From Candidatus Krumholzibacteriia bacterium (GTDB taxonomy: Bacteria; Krumholzibacteriota; Krumholzibacteriia; WVZY01): DNA of 20,318 nt. Location of the stretch: NCBI GenBank assembly GCA_046754105.1, contig JBHHVD010000062.1, positions 1 through 20,318 on the forward strand, in the 5' to 3' direction. Under the pieces are notes generated by a model, which was not told where the DNA came from, made no database searches, and saw only the letters and a list, made by a program, of their open reading frames with translations. Positions 8,025 to 15,224 of this stretch are shown here, in pieces (the first letter of the stretch is position 1; each line of letters starts with the position of its first letter). The translations under genes were made by a program, and so were the position numbers.

Positions 8025-8843
8025 CTAGACGCGCAGGCCGCCGGAAGCCGCCACCACCTCTCCGGTGACGAAGTCGGACTCCGGAATACAGAAAAGGTAG
8101 ACGGCACCCGCGGCGTCCTCCGGCGTTCCGGCTCGCTGAAGGGGGATAACGGTCTTCATAGTGGCGGCCTGTTGAGCGGCCAGCCCCACCTTCAGCTTAC
8201 GCCCCTGGACCTCGATTTCGGGAACTTCGTCCTCGTAAGTCTGGGTCAGACGGGTCTCTACGAAGCCGAATGCCACGCAGTTGACCGTAACGTTGTAACG
8301 ACCCCAATCCTTGGCGAGGGAACGCGTCATCCCCACCAGCGCCGACTTGGCCGCGGAATAACTGAACTGGGTCGCCTCGCCGAAGAGTCCCGAGACCGAG
8401 GATACGTTGACGACCTTGCGCGCCCGGCTCACATCGCCGGCCTTGGCGGCTGCTTTGAAGTGTCGCCCCGCTGCCCGCAACAGCCGAAAGGGTCCGGTCG
8501 CGTGGATGTCCATCATGGCGTACCACTGCTCATCGCTGTGGTCGATGATACGAGAGTTCCAGACGTAACCAGCGTTGTTGATGACGATGTGGAGATTGCC
8601 AAAGGCTTCGATGGCTCGGCTCACTGCGGCGTCGCCGAACTCAGAATCCGTAACGTCCCCCGGAAACGCGACGCAGCTCCCGCCGGATTCGGTGATCGCG
8701 GCCGTTACACTCACGAGTCGATTGACGTCCAGGTCGTTCGCCAGCACCGAAGCGCCCTCTCCGGCGAGCTTCTCTGCGATGCATCTGCCGATTCCCTGGG
8801 CCGCGCCGGTTACAATCGCGACCCTCCCGTCGAGCTTCTTCAC
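8025..8843 (-). CDS. Short-chain dehydrogenase/reductase (FabG-like SDR)
   Basis: Motifs TGAAQGIG, NNAG, VNVSS, catalytic YSAAK, VNCVAFG. Confidence 0.94.
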   Translation of the reverse strand: MKKLDGRVAIVTGAAQGIGRCIAEKLAGEGASVLANDLDVNRLVSVTAAITESGGSCVAFPGDVTDSEFGDAAVSRAIEAFGNLHIVINNAGYVWNSRIIDHSDEQWYAMMDIHATGPFRLLRAAGRHFKAAAKAGDVSRARKVVNVSSVSGLFGEATQFSYSAAKSALVGMTRSLAKDWGRYNVTVNCVAFGFVETRLTQTYEDEVPEIEVQGRKLKVGLAAQQAATMKTVIPLQRAGTPEDAAGAVYLFCIPESDFVTGEVVAASGGLRV

Positions 8844-8862
8844 ACCATCGCCCTACCTTGAA

Positions 8863-9300
8863 TTACTCAGAGGGAAGCTCCGACCATTCTTCGACGCCCT
8901 CGACCATGACTCCGCAGGCATCCTTGGGATGCACCAGCCAACGACCCTGTGCGGCCCCCTCGAGTGCAGCCCGGTGAATGATCCGCAACCCGGCGTCGGA
9001 CAGCGACGCCGCCGTTTCGTCCACGTCGTCTACGACAACCGCGAGGTGGTAGAAGCCCTCTCCCACCTTGGCCAGCCGGCGGGCTACGGGGTTGCTCATG
9101 TCAGAGGGGTCGACCGGCTCCATCAGTTCCACCGTCATCTCGCCGGGCCGCCCCGAGACCGAGAGGAAAACGCTGTGAAGGCCCTCGGCCGGAATCTCGG
9201 CCTCTTTAAACTGCTTCAGCCCGAATCCGTCGCGCCAGACCCGGAGCGCGCGATCCATGTCGCTGACGAGGATGCCAATGTGACTGATCCGATCGAACAT
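8863..9300 (-). CDS. VOC family protein (methylmalonyl-CoA epimerase-like), 145 aa
   Basis: Start ATG 9300 with GGGAGGG RBS. Motifs RISHIGILVSD, VELMEP, GEGFYHLAVVVDDVD, HPKDACGVMVE give the His/Glu/His/Glu metal-ligand pattern. Confidence 0.88.
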   Translation of the reverse strand: MFDRISHIGILVSDMDRALRVWRDGFGLKQFKEAEIPAEGLHSVFLSVSGRPGEMTVELMEPVDPSDMSNPVARRLAKVGEGFYHLAVVVDDVDETAASLSDAGLRIIHRAALEGAAQGRWLVHPKDACGVMVEGVEEWSELPSE

Positions 9301-9624
9301 ACGTGGCCCTCCCAAGAACGAAGCTATAGCGCAGCACGAAGTGCGACAAGCACGGGGGGGCTCGGGGAACTGGACCCCGGAATCGAAGACCAATACAGAA
9401 AATACCAGGGACCGCAGGAATCCACGCGATCCTGTAGCGTAGGCCAACCGGCCTGTTTTGACTCGCAAGACTTACGCCCACAGGCACAGGACGTCGCACA
9501 GATTGGTAGCGCGAGTCGGTCCCGAGATTGGCCGATCCGACCTAGGAGGGGTAGGCAGAGCGCCCTCGAGAAGCGCGTAAGCGATACGCTCCCGCCACGC
9601 CTCGAGGGCTTTGCCTCTGCCCGA

Positions 9625-9642
9625 GCCGCCGTTATCGGCGGC
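9625..9642 (-). terminator. GC-rich hairpin just after the RRM gene stop (terminator or stabiliser, no U-tract)
   Basis: GCCGCCG-ATAA-CGGCGGC, a perfect 7-bp stem 6 nt after the TAA. Confidence 0.4.
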
Positions 9643-9648
9643 GGCGCC

Positions 9649-9921
9649 TTACCAGCGATCGCGCCGGGGACGCTCCTCGCGAGGTTTGGCCTCGTTCACC
9701 TTGAGATTGCGGCCGTCCATCTCCCACTCGTCAAGAGCAGCGATCGCCTTGCCGGCGCCCGCCTGATCCATCTCCACAAACCCGAAACCGCGCGGTCGGC
9801 CGGTCTCACGATCCGTGATGACGGCGACCGAATGTACCTCGCCATGCTGGGCGAAAAGCTCTCGCACCGCGTCTTCCGTCACACTGAAGGGCAAGTTTCC
9901 TACATAAATTTTCTTGGACAT
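9649..9921 (-). CDS. RNA recognition motif (RRM/RNP-1) RNA-binding protein, 90 aa
   Basis: AGGAG RBS then ATG 9921. RNP-2 IYVGNL, RNP-1 RGFGFVEM, and GRNLKVNEAKPRE. Confidence 0.95.
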   Translation of the reverse strand: MSKKIYVGNLPFSVTEDAVRELFAQHGEVHSVAVITDRETGRPRGFGFVEMDQAGAGKAIAALDEWEMDGRNLKVNEAKPREERPRRDRW

Positions 9922-10160
9922 TATTCTCCTACGCGAACGCACACCACACTGGTGACGCCGCTGCTTTTATTGTTATTCCCGGCCATCCGGGTGTGCACAG
10001 ATGAGGCGATGCTTCTGTGGGAGCGAGGGGCTGGGGACTGTCACTTGGGAAGGGATTGGAGTCTCTTCGGCAGGAAAACCATCTACAGCCGCGGCACCAA
10101 ACGCCGCGCCTATCTTTAGTAGAGCACGCTTGCGCCGGTTATGCCAGCGCTCCTTGGTCT

Positions 10161-10184
10161 GGGGATGATATTCCCCCGTTTTTT
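10161..10184 (+). terminator. Intrinsic-terminator-like hairpin with T-tract on the + strand
   Basis: GGGGA-TGATAT-TCCCC-CG-TTTTTT, ending 27 nt beyond the stop of the minus-strand gene 10212..10637. Confidence 0.4.
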
Positions 10185-10211
10185 GTCTCCGTTTCCATCG
10201 GGTGGACCTCG

Positions 10212-10637
10212 TTATCCCGCAAAATAGCCTCGTCGCGCGTAAATATAGCCGGCAAAGCCCCACCAGCAGGCCACGGCAGTCAAGGTTGCGGTAGTAGCCG
10301 CCATCCGCAGCAACTCGGGCTCGAGAACGGAGAGCAACGCGCCGTGGCCGAGGGTCGGGTCGCCCAGTAGGTAGACGGCTCTGTCTAGGCTGTACAAGAC
10401 CGTCCCGGCGAAGATCGCCGAAGGACCCCAAGTTTCCGCCCGCCACAGACCGAGCCCCATGGCCCCGAACGCCGCGATGTATACGGCGTGATAGGCCACG
10501 GCGGCCAGGCCGCCACGCATGGCTCCGAACAACGGTGCTTCCGACGTTATCGAAGCCAGTTCGATCACGGCCGAGAGCAGGAAGAAGAAGCCGGCGAGCC
10601 GGATGGTGAAATAGCCCTTCGGCCGATCGCTCGCCAT
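10212..10637 (-). CDS. Hypothetical integral membrane protein (about 4 TM helices)
   Basis: 141-aa ORF with four hydrophobic segments and a basic C-terminal YIYARRGYF. It fits between its neighbours without overlap. Confidence 0.75.
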   Translation of the reverse strand: MASDRPKGYFTIRLAGFFFLLSAVIELASITSEAPLFGAMRGGLAAVAYHAVYIAAFGAMGLGLWRAETWGPSAIFAGTVLYSLDRAVYLLGDPTLGHGALLSVLEPELLRMAATTATLTAVACWWGFAGYIYARRGYFAG

Positions 10638-10713
10638 GGCTTCATCTTGTCTTCCAAACTCCGCTACGCGTCAACAGTTCCCCACCAGACTCGAGCAACC
10701 CGCCTTGGGTATT

Positions 10714-11445
10714 TCAGCGCGCGGTCAGGTCACGCAGGGACGCGGGTCCCCAGACTTTGAGGCTGCGCGACAGACCGGCGCCGAGGTACTCGCTGCTCTT
10801 GCGCGCCGCATCGATATAGGCTTTCCAATCAGAGTTTCCCCCGAGCGAGTCGTTCCAAGTTTCCATCTCCGCTTGGCTGGCGTAGCCAACCGAGATCACG
10901 TGGTTCACGGGGGTAATACCACCCGCAACGACCTCGGAGAGATGAACCTGCGCTGGCGAGTTCTTGCCGGTTTTCGATGTCATAAACTTGTCGAGCGCGC
11001 CGCGGAACGCGTCCGAATCGCTGACGTCGAAGGCGTAGGCCACCCAGACCGAATCGGAATCGTTTACATCTCCCCAGCTTTGCACGGTGCCGTGCCTGAC
11101 CTGCGCAACCGGTTTCGTCAGCTTCGTCAGGGCCGCCTGAAACCGCTTCCACGCGGCGTCGTTCTCGAGCTTTTGAGCAAACGCCTCCTGCTCGGCGGCT
11201 GCCTTGTAGATCGGGATGAAACTGTGTGTCGCGGGATCGGCCCCGTTGGCCAGGTTCACCTGAAGCAGCAGCCGTCCGGGAAATTCCTTTCCCGCGCTCG
11301 AGGCCATGAGCTTATCGGCGGCGGCAATGACCTCCTAGACTTGGTCCGGTGTCGTCGCAAAACTGAACAGGGTCCAGCTGGGCGACGCAACGGCGGTCTG
11401 GCAAAATAGTAGTAATCCAACTGTGGCAAAACCAATTCTTTTCAT
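10714..11445 (-). pseudogene. Secreted two-repeat protein interrupted by an in-frame TAG at codon 37 (nonsense mutation or read-through)
   Basis: AAGGAG RBS, ATG 11445, signal peptide MKRIGFATVGLLLFCQTAVA, TAG at 11335-11337, then in frame into ORF 10714..11307. Internal repeat: ADKLMASSAGK..THSF..Y..AE.E..W versus LDKFMTSKTGK..NHVI..Y..AE.E..W. Confidence 0.75.
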
Positions 11446-11657
11446 GACAATTCTCCTTCGATTCGTGAATCAAAAGTGATTACAAGGCCGGTGGCATAGC
11501 GCGAACAATCGCGTACCATCCGAAAAGATCGCCCGAGAACGACCCCCTCCGGAGAGTACGTAAGTGTCAAGGAGTCACGTTGCTGGAAAGTGGCAGAACA
11601 TTGCTCGTAGAACTTGGCGTTTTCGCGGCTCTCGCGCACGTATTTCGGACACTTCAT
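11442..11657 (-). pseudogene. Degenerate zinc-ribbon N-terminus relic (71-aa ORF)
   Basis: GGAGGG RBS then MKCPKYVRESRENAKFYEQCSA aligns without gaps to the kinase start MDCPRCGQGNREEAQFCDHCGA, with two Cys-to-Tyr changes. The rest shows no similarity. Confidence 0.65.
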
Positions 11658-11806
11658 CCGAAACCCTCCCCCCGGGCTCCCTAATACTCCCTTGGCCACG
11701 GCTATGCCAAATCGATCGAGCTGCAGGCCCTTTTCATCCCCAGCTGGCGTGACCGAAGCCGCCTTTTCGCGGAACAAGGCCTTTGGCGAAGCGATGTGAG
11801 CCCAAA

Positions 11807-12184
11807 CTACGTAGAACTACGTATAGGGGTGATCGCCGGCGAGGCGGTTGGAAACAGGCGGCCGCGGTAATGGGCTGCAGCAGAGAAAAGGCGCCACTTC
11901 TCGGCGACCCCCTGCAATGTATGTTCGCCGCGGTCCTCGAAGCGCAGGTCGGAGCCCGCGACAAGGTCCGACATTCCACTACCGCGTTTGTCGAAAGTAA
12001 TGACGCGCGCGAAGGAGGCGAGCTGCTCGATGAAGCGAGTATAGCCCGGCATCTCGTGCCAGAACTCGACGTTGGAGACGATACCCGGCACCACGACCAG
12101 GTCACGCGGGCCCTCGCCCATCACCTGATAGGCGACGCTTACGTCGCCGCTCTTGGCGTACTTCGTCTTTGGCACTGACGTCAT
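11807..12184 (-). pseudogene. Internally deleted LipJ/Rv1900c-like alpha/beta-hydrolase-cyclase gene, 125 aa
   Basis: ATG 12184 overlaps the upstream TGA (ATGA). The hydrolase N-terminus TKYAKSGDVSVAYQVMGEGPRDLVVVPG..FDKRGSGMSD is fused directly to the cyclase extreme C-terminus LVAGSDLRFEDRGEHTLQGVAEKWRLF. Confidence 0.8.
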
Positions 12185-14262
12185 TGTATGAGTACGACCG
12201 TCTTGCGGGCGTCGAGCCCGATCCCTCGCAACAGATCCTGGAAGCGCGGCTCCCCGTACAAGGGCTCGAAGCGACGGTCCCAACCGATGGCGGGAAGATC
12301 GTGTGCGTGGAGTTCGTAGGCCGTCTCCAAGGCTTCCAGCGCCTCCTCGTTCTGTCCCAGGCCCACGTAGATGCGCGCGATGCCCAGTGGATCAACGTAC
12401 TCTTCGCTCGATAGCAGCTCAAGCCCCCTCAGGAGCTTCCGGGCGTCGTCCCCTTTGCCAGCGACAGCGTAGCAGTGCCCCAGGTCACCTACGATCATCG
12501 GATCGTCCGGAGACAACTCCACGGCCCGGACCAACGCCGCGATCCCCTTGTCGAACTCGCCCCTTTGGCAGTAGCCTCTGCCGATCTCTTTGTGGGGACC
12601 GTGACTGCTCGGTGCGAGTTCCAACTTCCGCTTCCACTCTGCCATCGCCTTGTCGTGGTGACCTGTCATCTCGTAGAGAAGCCCCAGGCCCGGGTCCCAC
12701 TCCCGAAAGCCCACCGGATCAATCTCTCGCACTTTCTCGAGTTCGTCTATCGCCTCCGGAAGTCTGCCCAAGAAGGCGAGTTCGGAAGCATACGCCCTTC
12801 GTGCGTCGGCAAGCGAGGGATTGATTTCGATCGCACGTTTGAAACTCTGCGTGGCTCCGGTCCAATCCCAGTCAGAATAGAGTCTTACGAGCCCCAACGC
12901 GCTATGCCCCTCCGGAAGACTCGCGTCCAGTTCGAGCGCTTTGAGAGCAGCAGCCCTCGATTTCTTCATCCCTTCCTCCGGAAGAGTCCAGACGCAGCCT
13001 CAAGTATAGGCATCGGCCAACGCCGCGTAAGCGGCGGCGTAGTCCGGGTCGAGCCGGATCGCTTCCTCGAAATACTCGAGTGCGAGTCGGTGATCGCTCG
13101 GGGTATCCTTTTGGAAAAAATACTTCCCCTTGAGATAGGCTTGATAGGCCTCCGGATGCACCGGGCCGACGTTTCGGAGCCGGGCCTGTTCCTGCGGCGT
13201 CAGTGTCGCGTCGACTTCGTGTGCTACCGCCTGTGCAACTTCGCTTTGGACCCTCAAAACATCGCGAAGCTCCCGTTGATAGCTCTGCGACCATAGATGC
13301 TGGTCTCGCCGCGCATCGATCAGCTGCACCGTGATACGAACCGTCTCACCCGCGCGAAACACCGACCCCTCGATGATGGCATCAACGTCAAGGTCGCGGG
13401 CTATCTCGGATATGGGCTGTCGTGCCTCTTTGTATTGCATCACGGAGGTTCGCGAAATCACCCTCAACGAAGCGATCCTGGCGATGTCCGAGATCAACGC
13501 CTCGGTCATCCCGTCGGCGAAGTATTGCTGCTCAGGATCGGCCGAAAAGTTGTCGAGAGGTAGCACCGCCAAGGACTCGATCGGCGCTCGGCTCGGAGTC
13601 GACGCCCGCTGAACTACATCGGGAGCCAGTATTCGCCAGCCAGCCCATGCGACGGCGCCAAGAAGCACAGTGAGTCCGACCACCAACGCAGGCTGCAGCC
13701 GGGGTTTCGTCCTCGGCCTCTCGGCCACGAAATCCTCCCCCTTGCGAACGCGATAGACGCGCACCGGATCTGGGATGTTCTTGACCATTTGCTCGCCGAG
13801 ATCCTCGAACCGGCACTCGAGCTTACGACGCACTTGCTCGTAGACCGTTGCCGAGATGCATATCCCCCCAGGCTCGGCGAGCGCCTCCAGCCTCGCAGCG
13901 ATGTTGACGCCATCGCCGTATACATCCTCCCCCTCGACCATGACATCGCCCAGGTGGACCCCGATGCGAAACTCCATCTTGGCCTCGGCGGGAAGATCCG
14001 CGTTGCGCGCGCCAAGCTGGTCCTGGATCGCGATCGCACATGCCACCGCATCCACGACGCTCCCAAACTCGGCCAGCAGGTTGTCGCCCACGGCGTTGAC
14101 GACCCGGCCCCCGTAGCGCCCGACGAGATCACCCATCACGGCACGATGAGCGTTGAGGGTCTTCAGAGTCGCCACCTCGTCCCGGGCCATGAGGCGGCTG
14201 TAACCAACGACGTCGGCGCTCAGCAGAGCAGCTAGCTTACGGTCGACGCGATTGGATTCCAT
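12181..14262 (-). CDS. Class III adenylate/guanylate cyclase + TM helix + TolB-like domain + TPR protein (693 aa if the in-frame TGA at codon 421 is read through; candidate selenoprotein, otherwise a split gene or pseudogene)
   Basis: ORFs 13000..14262 and 12181..12969 are in the same frame and separated only by TGA 13000-13002 (ALADAYT*GCVWTLPEEGMKKSRAAALKALELD), in the middle of a TPR. Cyclase motifs ADVVGYS, VGD, RIGVHLGD, GDGVNIAARLE. TM segment LVVGLTVLLGAVAWAGW. TolB-like motifs SLAVLPLDN, YFADGMTEALI, LRVISRTS. Confidence 0.88.
12967..12999 (-). promoter_or_regulatory. Bacterial SECIS-like stem-loop 3' of the in-frame UGA
   Basis: After UGA: GGCUG CGUC UGGAC UCUUCC GGA GGAAGG GAUG. 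Upper stem UCUUCC/GGAAGG, apical loop GGA starting at +21, lower stem CGUC/GAUG. Folded by eye only. Confidence 0.5.
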
Positions 14263-14312
14263 ATAAACCCCACCGCACGAATCTCTGGTGTCGGAACGGC
14301 GGCAGCAGCCGA

Positions 14313-14340
14313 ATTATTGCACAGTTGCTGTCGTATTGAA
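14313..14340 (-). promoter_or_regulatory. Possible sigma70-type promoter for the cyclase-TPR gene
   Basis: TTCAAT-N16-AATAAT with a TGn extension, in an AT-richer patch about 50 nt upstream of the ATG. Confidence 0.25.
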
Positions 14341-14372
14341 CAGATATCGCGATGATCGTCGAAACTACCCAG

Positions 14373-15077
14373 CTACTTGGGGGACTTTTCTCCCAGCAGA
14401 GCCATTACCGTCGCGTCGACATGTATGAAGGGCAAGGGGAATCGCAATATCTCGACGTGGCTGACTCCGGTTCCGATCATGCAGTCTCGTACATGCCCCG
14501 GGTCGAGAACCTTGTTTTTCCATGTCGCAGCAATCAATTTCCCCATAAAGCTGTTCTTCGTTGCAATGAACAGGAACTTTCCACCGGGACGGAGAACGCG
14601 AACACATTCGGAGATACCGTCCTCGACATCCGGCAGATATTCCATGGCCTCCGATGTCATCACAAAATCGAAGCTCTCATCGGAGAACGGCATCTGACAC
14701 ATATCACCGAGGTGAGGCGTCACGCGGTCCTCGAACCCATGCGCCTCGAGATTGCGTTTTAATCCGACCAGCATCCCAGGCGAAAAGTCCAGCCCCGTAA
14801 TGCTCGTCATGGTAACATGGGACGGACATTCCCTCAGCAGACTGATCGTCAGGAATCCGGTGCCAATGCCGGAATCTAGAACCTTCGCTCCCTCTCGAAG
14901 CTCCATCCGAGCGAAGTTGTGGCGCCAGAAGTACCTCAGGGAGGAGCGGTATCCCATCAACGCGAAATACCACGTGTAGAATCTCGGCCCTACACGGTCG
15001 AAAAAATTCCTGATGGCTTCAGGGTCCGCTCGCAGTTCGTCGAATCGTCGCGGGTTCCCGTTCCTGACCTGCTTCAT
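14373..15077 (-). CDS. Class I SAM-dependent methyltransferase (UbiE/Methyltransf_11-like)
   Basis: Motifs KVLDSGIGTG, GLDFSPGML, GDMCQMPFSDESFDFV, RVLRPGG. Confidence 0.9.
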   Translation of the reverse strand: MKQVRNGNPRRFDELRADPEAIRNFFDRVGPRFYTWYFALMGYRSSLRYFWRHNFARMELREGAKVLDSGIGTGFLTISLLRECPSHVTMTSITGLDFSPGMLVGLKRNLEAHGFEDRVTPHLGDMCQMPFSDESFDFVMTSEAMEYLPDVEDGISECVRVLRPGGKFLFIATKNSFMGKLIAATWKNKVLDPGHVRDCMIGTGVSHVEILRFPLPFIHVDATVMALLGEKSPK

Positions 15078-15224
15078 TGCCGCCTAGCCATCCTCCGGAG
15101 AGAATCGACTACCTCGAAAGGGCTTCGGCGCCCATCGTCCACCCTATTTCCCGGGCAAATCCGGTCGCCTCCACCGTCGCCCTCGCCGTCGCCGTCGGAG
15201 GGACTAGGCAGACGGCAGAAACCC

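Noticed and set aside
9600..9642. GGCAAAGCC resembling the c-di-GMP-I (GEMM) riboswitch
   Set aside because: The GGCAAAC-P2-GNRA-GACGCAAAGC arrangement and tetraloop receptor are absent. Only a short word matches.
8575..10119. 514-aa plus-strand ORF
   Set aside because: It lies antisense to three well-supported genes (SDR, VOC, RRM) and reads as their reverse-complement shadow.
11457..11474. Inverted repeat GATTC-GT-GAATC beside the RBS of the secreted-protein gene, FNR-like at first sight
   Set aside because: The half-site spacing is 6 rather than the 4 of TTGAT-N4-ATCAA, and the repeat is too short to call an operator from one copy.
15165..15200. Short imperfect hexamer run (GTCGCC-like) between the methyltransferase and molybdoenzyme genes
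   Set aside because: Only a few degenerate units in GC-rich DNA and no spacers, so not a CRISPR array or a convincing VNTR.
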